Shown here piece by piece: positions 34,093 through 43,800 of a DNA stretch of 64,000 bases. The stretch lies in the NCBI GenBank assembly GCA_036004125.1, contig DASYRR010000170.1:15611-79610 (forward strand). Direction: 5' to 3'. This stretch comes from Pyrinomonadaceae bacterium (GTDB taxonomy: Bacteria > Acidobacteriota > Blastocatellia > Pyrinomonadales > Pyrinomonadaceae). The translations under genes were made by a program, and so were the position numbers. Within the stretch, counting starts at the first letter, position 1, and the number at the start of each line of letters is the position of its first letter. The notes under the pieces were generated by a model. It was not told the DNA's origin, ran no database searches, and saw only the letters and a program-made list of their open reading frames with translations.

Positions 34093-37000
34093 TCATAATT
34101 TCCTACCAGTCCAGAATCCGCGATGCAGCTTAATTGCTTTCTTTGTTAACCCCCAGTGCCAGTGGAGAATCTTGCGTGGACCGAGACTCTTTATATTGTG
34201 CCAATCTAGAGCAAAACGTCGTACTCCAAACCTGTACACATTGATCCCCCCACCTCCGGCATTCGGATAACGCAAGAATCGTATTCCCCAGCCACCTGCC
34301 TTCGCTACTTCCGCACCCGTAACGACATCCCAAACAACACCCGCTGCTTCGCCTCCAGTGTAAAACCAAGACGCTTCTCGCTCAGCATTATCTTGATCCC
34401 ATAACCTCCCTGCGGACTCTCCACCAAGCAGCTTCGCCAACCCTCTCGAAGCATATTTTGAGCCTCCAAATGTTATCCACCCCGAAAACCCTACAACGCT
34501 GGTAAGGGCTTTATCAGTACCAATACTGAGACTTCGACCCAACCTCTCCCAGATCGAATAACCCGCATAAATTGTGATGTCACAAGCACCGGGCGGACAC
34601 GGGCCGGTCAAGCCAGGGACATCACCCGGGCGGTAGGTACCGTCTTGACCCTGCAAACTGAAGCCCAGGCCGCCAGATCGACCGAATGCCCTAATCGCGC
34701 CATAGACATTCCATGCAGTTAATCCGAGACCCGCAATTAGGCCAACTGGGCCAGGCACAAATTGAGCTATGAGGCCCAGGGAGCCCACGGCTATTCCGGT
34801 GATCGCTGCCACCTCAACCGCTAAAGCAGCCGCAGTCGCTCCCGCGACCCCGGTAGCAGACAGAGCCCCTGCAAGAGCGGGGAGCATTACGAGGCTCACT
34901 ATGCCGACGACAATGAGCGCTACCGACACAGCGATTCCAATCCACTTGAATACCTTCTTCAAGAAGCTAAAGAAGCCGAGTCCACTCGGATCGGTGTTGT
35001 TGACTGGATCATTCGTGCAGTAAGCATAGAGATTGAGCGTTTGAGGATCCTCAAGATTTGTCGCATTGATGCCTGCAGGATCAACTTGGGTAAACCTTCC
35101 TTGCTGCGAGTCGTAATGGCGATTGACGGCGTAATCGAGAGTTGTGGTTAAGGATCGATCATAAGAAGTGAATCGTCGGTTGGTTGGTGTTCCCACACCT
35201 TCCGCAGCCAGTACAGTGCCAAAGGGCAAGTTAACTTGTTCGGACCAATTGCCGGTTGAAGGATTCGTCTCTATGCGTGTTCCTAATCGATCTGGGTGAT
35301 GATATTCGACGGCTTCGCCCCCAGTGCCATTCGGCGTCAACGTAGAAAGCAGACGGTTTCCGAGATGAACGTAACTCTTCGACCATGCGGGATTGACGGA
35401 CCCTCCGATCTCAATGTATTCCGCGATGACGGAGAAGCCTTCCGCGATGTAGTAAGTTCGGGTATTCGATTCTTCAGTGATTAATCTCTGATTGTCGTCC
35501 CCGTACGTGTAGCTGGCAACCACCGTTTGATTGTCATCTTTCACCCTGACCAGCCGATTGGCCGCGTCGTACTGAAAACGCTGCCACTGAGGGCTGCTTC
35601 CCGGAACGAAGGTGCGCGTCTGATTGCCCGTTGCGTCGTAATTCCACCCGTCGTTGGCTATGCGGTTCGTCGCTTGGTTGTACGCAATGCCTTGCAAGCC
35701 ATCGCGCGGAATCGTCACGCCCACAGGAGGTGCGTACGGGCTTATGCCTGCAACCTTCGTGTAGAACTCTGGCGCCCAGGCGAAGCCGTTGCGCACCTCA
35801 GCACGGCTCGTCCCATTGTTCAGTGTCGCTTCCCAGGAAGCCCAGCCGCCCGAGTCCGGATCACGATAGAGATAAGCCTTGTATAGGTCGTAAACATAAT
35901 CATGGTTGTTGCGATTTCGAGTGGCGTATTCCTGCGAGCTGAACAGGCTCTCACCCAGATTCTGCATTCCGGAGAGAAATTGCGACTGCCCCTGCGCGTA
36001 GGCTGATTGTAGCGTTGATAACCACGAACTCAGCTCGCTACTGGTAGGCTGGCGGTTCAATGCACCCTGATAGAAGTTCTTAATGTAGTCTTCAAGAATG
36101 AAGGAATAGACATTACGATTGCCAAAGCGATCGTATTCATACCGCTGTGCCCAGATGACGTTCTGCCCTCCAGTGGCTCGAATCAAGCGATCGAGCGCAT
36201 CGTATTCAAAGCCACGGTTTTTTGTGTTATCGAGATTATTGACGATCTTCGTCAGCTGGCCCGTGCGCTTGCCGTTCACGCCTGCGTAATCGTAAGAGAG
36301 ATTCAAAAGCGTCGAGCCGTTGCGCGACACGGTTTGGTTTTCAAGCAGTCCCGTCTGGAAATTGTAACCGTAAGATTCGTTGACTTGGTTCGTGCCAGTT
36401 CCGACGCTGAGCGAAGTCGTCTGGCTGCCAGCGTTGTAAACAATATTTGACGCTTGCGTTTGGCCGTCGAAGGTGAGCCCGCTCAAACGACTTGCAATGT
36501 CGTAACTGTGCTCGACAAACTTGCGGGGAGCGGCGCCATTGCCATATTCCGCTGGGTAAAGCACTCGCCAAACTCGATCAAGCGAGTCGTAATTGTAGTC
36601 CGTGTCAAATGCGAAACCCGGCCGGCTAGTTAGTGTCAATGTCTTCGAATTGATCCGACCTTCTGTATCGAAACCATAACTTTCGGTCGAAACGCCTGCG
36701 GTCGCGACGCTCGCCAGTTGCGTCACATCCAAGAGCTGCGCGCTGTAAGATTTGGTGCGGTAGCCGTAGGTGATCGTGGCCGCAGGTAGAATCGGATTGC
36801 TGGTGTCACCAAAGCCACTCGTGTCCCAGGAAACCGATTGCAAACGATTCAACGGATCGTTATTGTAACTGAAAACAGTCTTCACGCCACGCGCGTCAGT
36901 TCGCGAAATGAGATTCGATCGCTCGTCGTAAGTGAACACATCGCTCCAAGTGCCTGAGCCCACATACGCTCCCGCATCGTTAAGCGTGGGATTCATCTCA

Positions 37001-40000
37001 GCCAACTTCTGCGCGGTCCGTCTTCCCAGTGAATCGTACTTAAACGAGCGCGTTTGCTGGACTTGGTTGCCCGACATTGAATTGATGGTGATCAGGTTAC
37101 CAAGTGTGTTGTAGGCATAGGTCGTTGCCATTCCCGCGCTGACGGAGCCATTGCCCCAAAAGATGGGCTCAACAACTTCGACCAAACGACCGCTAGCATC
37201 GGTGCGTCCCCAACGCTCGCGGCCCCAGGCGTCCTGCACGCGCGTAGTCTCACCTGGTGCAGTGCTGGCCACGTCCGGCCGATTTGGTTCGTTGTAGAAG
37301 CTCTGTGTCAAACTGCCATCAGGTGCTGTCACCGTGGCTGTACGTCCCAGAGCATCATAGGTCGTTATGGTCCACTGTAGAGTATCGCCATTGCGATAAG
37401 GCCGCGTTTGTTGCGTAGCTTGTCCTATGTTGTTGTAAATCGTATCCACGAAATCCCAAACTCCGTTCACCCCTAAAGCCTTTTCCTGACGTACCTGCCC
37501 GCGCCCATTGAGGTACTTCACATTCTGATCGGCAATTGTTGTGTGTGTTGGGTGCACCTCAAGATAGGTTGTCTGGGTTACTGTCAGCGACGAATCATTG
37601 TATTCGTAATCCGTGTGCGCGCCGGTTGGCGAGATGGACCTAATTACACGCAGTGAATTTGGGTCATAGACGGTTTCGGACGTCCGGTTATTGGCATCCG
37701 ACACATATTTTCCCAAGCCAGTATTGAAATCGTAACTCGCGCTAGTGGTCACCTGCGCGTAGGGATCGGTCGCCGAGCCGTGCGTTTTCGACTGCGGGTA
37801 TGCATAATTCGTATCGGTGCTGTAACTAAACGTAGTTTGTTCGCAACAGGAGGTCGAGGCTTTCACCAGATTGCCGGTGACATCGTAGCGCCGGGTTTCG
37901 GCCACTGCACCGGTGAGGTTAAGAGCATCGGCGTAAGTCGTCACCTGGGTGACGTTGCCGCGATAGTCGGTCGAAGCGTCGTAAGGGCAGACCCAGATCT
38001 GGTTGCAGTAACCGTCACAACCACCTTCCCCCCAGGGACAGCCACCAGTACAGTCCGGATCGTTCCAGTCCACATCCCAATAGCAGTAGCCTTCCTCTTC
38101 CGCGTGCGGATTAGCAGCCTGATCGTGCATCACAACGCCGGGGGCGGCCGTGAGCAACTGCCCGTCGTACTGGAATTCCGTGCGCGAAACTCGCGTCACA
38201 TTGTCAGCGGCATAAATTTCAACTGTCAAAGGCAGATTCAAGATGTGACGGCCATAGCAGCCCGTGCTGTAACACGTTCCCGTGTAATTTGCACTGTTTT
38301 GATAAGTCGTCCGAGTTGAGCGGAGGAGTGTTATTCCGCCGTAATCATAATCGCGAAGCTCCGTGACCTGGTTGTAAACGGGACCATAACTGAACTCAGC
38401 CGCAGTTTTTTGGCCGCGTTCATCAAATTTTTCGACGCGCGTCGGACGCGGAGAATTGTAGGCGCCCTGCTCCCAGCTTGACGTGCTCTTCTGAAGCGGA
38501 TTTGCCTCGTCTGTCGTGAAGGTTCTATCTTCATAGATCAAACCGTCATTCCATTGGCCCGGTGCGTTGTAGGAGTATTGCTTACTCTTCGTGAGGTTTG
38601 GCAACGTTATTATAGTGGTGCGTGGATTATCATTGTCATGGACCTCATAACCAGTCACAGCTTGGATCAAGGTGGCCCCTCCGTCCGGTGTCCAGCGCTC
38701 CGTCATCGTCGTGTAAGTAGGAGCATCCGTGAGGTTGTAATCCGGTGTGAGGGGGTAGTTGTATTCTTCTTTTCGCGTGACCGATCCCTGATAGATCGTA
38801 CCCATGTCGGTGAGCGGCGCGCCGGAAAAAGACATCCCGCGTTGTTCGATTACTTTCGCGAGCATGCCGTAGCTGGAATATGAATCGGAGTCGTTGAGCC
38901 AGTAGCCAGTGCCCGTCCCTGGATAGTAGATGCCATCAACAACCCAGGGCGCAGGATTCGGCACTACCGTGCTTTGAATCTGTGGATATGAGAATCCGTA
39001 GTTCAACCCAAGCTGGTGATAGTGCAGACGCACTAACTCGCGCGTCCCGCCGCTCAAGCCAGGTGCGGTCATGGCCGTCAACAGATTGTTGTAGTCGTAA
39101 TGAAAGTTGATGACGCGGCCTAACGTATCCGTAACCGTTTGAATCAGCGGTCCGGAGTTGTTGACGTAGGTGATAGTAATGTAGTTGCCATTAGCGTCTT
39201 CGATGAACGTTGGGAAGACCCCACCACCTAGCTGGGAATATGCGCCATAGTTGATGAGGGTGCCGTTGGGTAACTTTGCTTGCGCCGAAGTGATTACTCC
39301 GTTCGTGCCGGTCCAATATGTGTAATCAATAAACGACCCGTCGGTCGTATGCATCACGCCGTAGGTGCCCCAATTGTAAATGGTGATGTTGCCCGTGTAG
39401 CTGTGTCGGGTTCCGTCGGCATCGACGAGCATGCAACCCGTGTAAACACCTATACCCAGCAGCTTTCCGAAACCCAAATTGAAGCCCGGCGCCGGCCAGC
39501 CGCGATCGTTGTCATAGCTCATTTGCGTGTTCGCCTTGGTCCAGATGCGGGAGTTGTAAGCGAGCCCGAGCGAAATGTTGATGCCGCGACCGGGCGCGCT
39601 ATAGATTGGCGCTGCAAACTGGAAATTGCCGCTGCCTGCGCCGCCATCCGTGTTCGCGCCTGGAGGATCGCCGACGCGATTCTCGGGATCGTCAGCCGAC
39701 CAATAATTGCTGCTGTCCCAACCGCCACCAACCCAGTACGGCATTGGATTCGGGTCAATTATAGTTGGCGCTTCCGAGGCGTGCGACCGCTTAGCTAATT
39801 CGGCTGCCATCGGACGTCTACTCCTCTTCGCTGGTCCTTTTTCAGTGGTTTTCTGTTGCTTGTTAGATGCAACCTTGACTATAGGAACGTCGCGCGACGA
39901 TACGGCTCGCGTGCCCGTCGGCGTCAGATCTAGATTGGGACGAACGCCAGGGCGTACTGTCGCCGTGGTTTGCGCGGACCGCCCAGCGGCCTCACCTCTT

Positions 40001-40089
40001 ATCGTGAATATACCGGGCCGACAGGACGGAATTCTCCGTGCCGCGAGATAGGAGCCCGCTGAGTTGGCGTTGAGGACTCGGCCGTCCAT
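34093..40089 (-). CDS. Rhs/YD-repeat polymorphic toxin, main ORF
   Basis: Dozens of YD-type repeats. RHS core end is YDSQQGRFTQVDP...NLYAYCTNDPVNNTDPSGL, followed by a 294-aa C-terminal region (34096..34977). Confidence 0.9.
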   Translation of the reverse strand: MDGRVLNANSAGSYLAARRIPSCRPGIFTIRGEAAGRSAQTTATVRPGVRPNLDLTPTGTRAVSSRDVPIVKVASNKQQKTTEKGPAKRSRRPMAAELAKRSHASEAPTIIDPNPMPYWVGGGWDSSNYWSADDPENRVGDPPGANTDGGAGSGNFQFAAPIYSAPGRGINISLGLAYNSRIWTKANTQMSYDNDRGWPAPGFNLGFGKLLGIGVYTGCMLVDADGTRHSYTGNITIYNWGTYGVMHTTDGSFIDYTYWTGTNGVITSAQAKLPNGTLINYGAYSQLGGGVFPTFIEDANGNYITITYVNNSGPLIQTVTDTLGRVINFHYDYNNLLTAMTAPGLSGGTRELVRLHYHQLGLNYGFSYPQIQSTVVPNPAPWVVDGIYYPGTGTGYWLNDSDSYSSYGMLAKVIEQRGMSFSGAPLTDMGTIYQGSVTRKEEYNYPLTPDYNLTDAPTYTTMTERWTPDGGATLIQAVTGYEVHDNDNPRTTIITLPNLTKSKQYSYNAPGQWNDGLIYEDRTFTTDEANPLQKSTSSWEQGAYNSPRPTRVEKFDERGQKTAAEFSYGPVYNQVTELRDYDYGGITLLRSTRTTYQNSANYTGTCYSTGCYGRHILNLPLTVEIYAADNVTRVSRTEFQYDGQLLTAAPGVVMHDQAANPHAEEEGYCYWDVDWNDPDCTGGCPWGEGGCDGYCNQIWVCPYDASTDYRGNVTQVTTYADALNLTGAVAETRRYDVTGNLVKASTSCCEQTTFSYSTDTNYAYPQSKTHGSATDPYAQVTTSASYDFNTGLGKYVSDANNRTSETVYDPNSLRVIRSISPTGAHTDYEYNDSSLTVTQTTYLEVHPTHTTIADQNVKYLNGRGQVRQEKALGVNGVWDFVDTIYNNIGQATQQTRPYRNGDTLQWTITTYDALGRTATVTAPDGSLTQSFYNEPNRPDVASTAPGETTRVQDAWGRERWGRTDASGRLVEVVEPIFWGNGSVSAGMATTYAYNTLGNLITINSMSGNQVQQTRSFKYDSLGRRTAQKLAEMNPTLNDAGAYVGSGTWSDVFTYDERSNLISRTDARGVKTVFSYNNDPLNRLQSVSWDTSGFGDTSNPILPAATITYGYRTKSYSAQLLDVTQLASVATAGVSTESYGFDTEGRINSKTLTLTSRPGFAFDTDYNYDSLDRVWRVLYPAEYGNGAAPRKFVEHSYDIASRLSGLTFDGQTQASNIVYNAGSQTTSLSVGTGTNQVNESYGYNFQTGLLENQTVSRNGSTLLNLSYDYAGVNGKRTGQLTKIVNNLDNTKNRGFEYDALDRLIRATGGQNVIWAQRYEYDRFGNRNVYSFILEDYIKNFYQGALNRQPTSSELSSWLSTLQSAYAQGQSQFLSGMQNLGESLFSSQEYATRNRNNHDYVYDLYKAYLYRDPDSGGWASWEATLNNGTSRAEVRNGFAWAPEFYTKVAGISPYAPPVGVTIPRDGLQGIAYNQATNRIANDGWNYDATGNQTRTFVPGSSPQWQRFQYDAANRLVRVKDDNQTVVASYTYGDDNQRLITEESNTRTYYIAEGFSVIAEYIEIGGSVNPAWSKSYVHLGNRLLSTLTPNGTGGEAVEYHHPDRLGTRIETNPSTGNWSEQVNLPFGTVLAAEGVGTPTNRRFTSYDRSLTTTLDYAVNRHYDSQQGRFTQVDPAGINATNLEDPQTLNLYAYCTNDPVNNTDPSGLGFFSFLKKVFKWIGIAVSVALIVVGIVSLVMLPALAGALSATGVAGATAAALAVEVAAITGIAVGSLGLIAQFVPGPVGLIAGLGLTAWNVYGAIRAFGRSGGLGFSLQGQDGTYRPGDVPGLTGPCPPGACDITIYAGYSIWERLGRSLSIGTDKALTSVVGFSGWITFGGSKYASRGLAKLLGGESAGRLWDQDNAEREASWFYTGGEAAGVVWDVVTGAEVAKAGGWGIRFLRYPNAGGGGINVYRFGVRRFALDWHNIKSLGPRKILHWHWGLTKKAIKLHRGFWTGRKL

Positions 40090-40436
40090 CTAACGGTCAC
40101 CCCGCCAACTGCGTTGCCATCGCGATCGTATCCAACAGCAACAAACCTGACGCGCTCGGCTAAATCAACTGTTACATTGCTTGGATAGATTTCCAGCCGA
40201 ACAACTTTAGCATCGCGTTCCGATTGTCTCTCTTGTGGCTGGATCAACGGAACTGCGAGGCCCTGAAGGAATTTGCTCATGCCACTGGAGTGGTACCAGA
40301 ACGCCCAACTTGTTCGCTGCTTTTCAGCGATTACGACGATCGTTTTTGGCGCAGCCGGGGATGAACTCGACAGCAGGCAAATTACCAACACGATGGTCAC
40401 GATGCGATTTAGTGAGACAAGTCTTAGACGGGCCAT
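39999..40436 (-). CDS. signal peptide plus Big_2-like Ig domain ORF, probably the detached N-terminus of the Rhs toxin
   Basis: MARLRLVSLNRIVTIVLVICLLSSSSPAAP signal. VVRLEIYPSNVTVDLAERVRFVAVGYDRDGNAVGGVTVRWTA. Overlaps the Rhs ORF by 91 nt in another frame. Confidence 0.65.
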   Translation of the reverse strand: MARLRLVSLNRIVTIVLVICLLSSSSPAAPKTIVVIAEKQRTSWAFWYHSSGMSKFLQGLAVPLIQPQERQSERDAKVVRLEIYPSNVTVDLAERVRFVAVGYDRDGNAVGGVTVRWTAESSTPTQRAPISRHGEFRPVGPVYSR

Positions 40437-40857
40437 AAGCGTGCTCCTGGTAGGTGAAGACGGTTGGATACATTGAATCCACAAGTGGTCGTCGGTTCAT
40501 CTGACCGTGCCTTGCTGGCACAGCCATCGACACAAATCATGAACCTCTTGCGAAGTATTCGTTTGACGTGAAGCGCCGCACGAAAACGAATGCTACGACT
40601 CCCCGAATTCGATCCCAGATGAATTGGTTTTGGTGATCTTCGCGAGGGATCACCGTTAGAGTTCGAACACTACAACCTTGAGTGACTCAATTACTCAAGG
40701 CTAATTAACTGGGAATTGTGCGTGCTTAAATTAGGCGAAGCGCGACTACAGTGGGGGCTGATGCGCGGCAATCTACGCCCGAGTTGGTCCACTGTCAAAT
40801 GACATTTCTGTTGCGTCTATTTTGCAATCTTGCGACGAAACTATCGCAGGGAGAATT

Positions 40858-40876
40858 GCCACAAATTTGCCACAAC
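40858..40876 (+). promoter_or_regulatory. GCCACAAATTTGCCACAAC motif copy 4
   Basis: Lies 78 bp left of the att core inside tRNA-Lys. Confidence 0.4.
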
Positions 40877-40880
40877 AGAA

Positions 40881-40919
40881 ATGCGGCACGCCTCACAGCG
40901 AACCGCATCTAGTTTTTTT
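40881..40919. terminator. hairpin ATGCGG/CCGCAT followed by T7 (on +), just 3' of tRNA-Lys
   Basis: ATGCGG-16 nt-CCGCAT-CTAG-TTTTTTT. On the minus strand the same hairpin follows the tRNA 3' end and is trailed by TTCTGTTGT. Confidence 0.4.
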
Positions 40920-40931
40920 GCTTAGGAAAAA

Positions 40932-41007
<76 letters not shown>

Positions 41008-41020
41008 ATCTACACGTTGA

Positions 41021-41045
41021 AGAGCACGCATCGCGTGCTCTTTTT
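41021..41045 (+). terminator. strong hairpin AGAGCACGC-ATC-GCGTGCTCT plus T-run
   Basis: A 9-bp perfect stem with a 3-nt loop, followed by TTTTT on the + strand. No + strand gene lies upstream. Confidence 0.45.
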
Positions 41046-41111
41046 CAATTGCGAGGAACTTCGTGCGCGCATTCTAACCGAACGTGAATGCATCTGTCCA
41101 AAGTGCCATTT

Positions 41112-41146
41112 GGCCACAGATGAACACAGATGAAACGGATAAGAAC
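41112..41146. repeat. CCACAGATGAACACAGATGAAACGGATAA-type repeat
   Basis: Related to 43801..43836. The two copies flank the ADOP permease gene. Confidence 0.6.
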
Positions 41147-41178
41147 TCGAGGAAACGAGCGCTCACAAATCGCGCTTC

Positions 41179-43704
41179 TTATTCGTGCCTCAGTGCGTCT
41201 ACGGGATTTGAGTTCGCTGCCAGAATCGCCGGCGACAGACTGGCGCTCAACGCTACGAGGACAAGCAACACGGCCACAGTGAGAAAGACTATTGGATCAA
41301 CCGGGCTAACCCCGTAAAGGAAGCTCGAAACGAAGTGGGTCGTTCCCAAAGTCAGCAACAAGCCAATAGCAATGCCCACCAGCGCCAAACTCACTCCCTC
41401 TTTCATTATCAGTTTTAGAATATCGGCCCGTTGAGCTCCCAATGACATGCGAATGCCAATCTCGCGTCTGCGTTGAGTAAACGCATACGAGGTGACTCCG
41501 TAAATTCCAATTGACGCGACAAGCAAACCGATCAGACTTAATAAACCGAGAAGAGCCGCAGCTGCTTTGACGGGAACCATTTGATTTTTCGAGACCTCGT
41601 CGAGCGTCTTGAAATCGAAAATCGGCAGATTTGCCCCAAGTCCCTTAATCTCTCGTTGGACCGAGGTAATCATTTTTTGGGGTTCAGCGGTCGTCCGTAT
41701 GATAAGCGACACGTTCTTTTCAGGCTCTTGATAGAGCCAGAAGTAGAGGTACGGTTCTGAGGCCTTTCCAAAGTTATGGTATGGACTGTCCTTGGCGACT
41801 CCCACGATCTCGTATGCTGAGTTGTTGCCCCGGTGCAACAACTTACCTAGAGGACTTTCGCCTGGCCAGTAAGTGCGAGCCATCGTTTCGTTAACTATTA
41901 CCACCTTTCGCGACGCGTCGTCATCGGTGGTCCCGAACTCTCTACCCCGCACAATGGGGATCTTAAGGGTTTGAAAATAACCATCCGCGACGCTTGAACA
42001 CTGTAGATGTTGCGGCTCTTTCCCTTCGATCCTGGCCATAACAGTGCTCCGTTCAATCGTAAGCGGGAGCAAGTTGGAAAGCGTAACTGAATCCACGCCT
42101 GGCGTTGCCTTGATTCGCGTCACTAACTCTCGGTAAAAGGTTTTGGTGTAGTTCACAGAGTAACCGTATTTTCTTGGACTGAGGTTAAGCAATAGAATGT
42201 GGTCACTCTTAAAATTCTGACTGATGGCTTGTCCTTTTTGAAAGCTGCGTACGGCAAGTCCGGCTGAGATCAGCAAAACCAACGATGCGACAATTTGCAT
42301 GACCACCAACGCCCGACGTGGATTAATCTTTCGCCCTCCTCTCCCGAGCGACATTGTAGCTGCTCCGAGAGACTTGATCAGATCGACTCGAAAGCTATTC
42401 AGCGCCGGCAACAACCCGAAGATCAACGCTGTCAGCACGGAAATCAAGAACGAAAACCACAACCCTCTTTGATCGATGGCCACGTCAGCCGAGAGTCCGA
42501 CGTCGCCTGGCGGTATCAATCCAAGCACAATGCGCGTGGTCCAATAGGCAAAGACCAAACCGAGAATCCCGCCTATAAGCGAAAGTAGCAGAGCTTCAGT
42601 CAAGAGTTGACGAACGAGTCGGCGGCGGCTGCTTCCGAGAGCGATGCGAATTGCAAATTCTTTCTGGCGCACTGCGGCGCGCGAAAGCATGAGACTCGCG
42701 ACATTGACACAGCAAATCATGAGGATGAGACTCGTCAACCCCAGGATGAACACACCTGAGGGAATTTCCTCACTCACAGCAGGATGTATCGCGCTTGCTG
42801 GCGACAGAGTTACTATCAACTTTCCATCGCGCGCGTCGCTGCTATTCTGCAGACGCGTACCGATTGTAGCCAGCGCTGCTTGAGCGTAGTCGAGCGAGAT
42901 CCCGGGCTTTAAGCGCCCTATCATTTCCAACCAGTTATGATCGCGACCAAGTCTTCCACTCTCCTTCGCTTTCGCTTGAGTGTTTGTTCCTGTGTTGCCA
43001 GGACTTTCCACCTTGCCGGCTGTCTTATCGTCTCCTTGAGCTGGTTGAATGGTTTGAGCGGTGGCATCCGCATTTTGAATTAAGGTGGCCCATTGGGTAA
43101 TGGGAACCCAGACGTCCGTCGAAACCATTGGATCAGTTCCAGTGAAAGTCGCCGGAGCGATCCCAACAACGGGGAAGTTGTTGCCGTTTAGGATAAGCTG
43201 TCTGCCAAGAATCTCCGGCTCCGAGTTAAGACGGCGTCTCCAGAAACTTTCGCTGATCACCACACTCGGCTCAGTGAGGGAGATTTGATCGTCTGCGGCT
43301 GTCAACGTTCGACCGCGTTGGACGTGGACGTCGAGCACCGAGAAAAAGTTACCGGATACGACTTGTGAGTTTATTTCTTCCGTGTGGTCTCCGATTGTTA
43401 TCAGCATGGGCGGAGCTGAATAGGCCGCCAAACCTGAGAAAACGTCGTTCTGTTCAGCGAACTCCCGATAGTTAACATACGAGGCTGATCCATAGGGTTT
43501 GCGCTGGTTACCGGCAAAAAAGTAGACCAGCCTCTCATGGTTGGAAACGGGGAGTGGCTTGAAGAGTATGGCGTTTACAAATCCAAAGACGGTCGAGTTC
43601 ACTCCAATCCCCACAGACAGAGAGAGGACAGCCACAAGTGTGAACCCGGGGCTTTTCAGCAACATCCTAGCGCCGAACAAAAGATCTCGTAAGGGGGAGT
43701 TCAT
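41179..43704 (-). CDS. ADOP-family duplicated MacB/FtsX-like ABC transporter permease
   Basis: 841 aa. The N-terminal TM plus large periplasmic domain plus 4-TM FtsX module occurs twice. Confidence 0.8.
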   Translation of the reverse strand: MNSPLRDLLFGARMLLKSPGFTLVAVLSLSVGIGVNSTVFGFVNAILFKPLPVSNHERLVYFFAGNQRKPYGSASYVNYREFAEQNDVFSGLAAYSAPPMLITIGDHTEEINSQVVSGNFFSVLDVHVQRGRTLTAADDQISLTEPSVVISESFWRRRLNSEPEILGRQLILNGNNFPVVGIAPATFTGTDPMVSTDVWVPITQWATLIQNADATAQTIQPAQGDDKTAGKVESPGNTGTNTQAKAKESGRLGRDHNWLEMIGRLKPGISLDYAQAALATIGTRLQNSSDARDGKLIVTLSPASAIHPAVSEEIPSGVFILGLTSLILMICCVNVASLMLSRAAVRQKEFAIRIALGSSRRRLVRQLLTEALLLSLIGGILGLVFAYWTTRIVLGLIPPGDVGLSADVAIDQRGLWFSFLISVLTALIFGLLPALNSFRVDLIKSLGAATMSLGRGGRKINPRRALVVMQIVASLVLLISAGLAVRSFQKGQAISQNFKSDHILLLNLSPRKYGYSVNYTKTFYRELVTRIKATPGVDSVTLSNLLPLTIERSTVMARIEGKEPQHLQCSSVADGYFQTLKIPIVRGREFGTTDDDASRKVVIVNETMARTYWPGESPLGKLLHRGNNSAYEIVGVAKDSPYHNFGKASEPYLYFWLYQEPEKNVSLIIRTTAEPQKMITSVQREIKGLGANLPIFDFKTLDEVSKNQMVPVKAAAALLGLLSLIGLLVASIGIYGVTSYAFTQRRREIGIRMSLGAQRADILKLIMKEGVSLALVGIAIGLLLTLGTTHFVSSFLYGVSPVDPIVFLTVAVLLVLVALSASLSPAILAANSNPVDALRHE

Positions 43705-43800
43705 GAAGTTACCTCGGCTTCGTCAGGGTGTTGTGAGCCTCTACGGTGGTCTGCACGAATAAGTTCCACACTTAATCGTTGCTGCATGCCAGAGAGAAAT

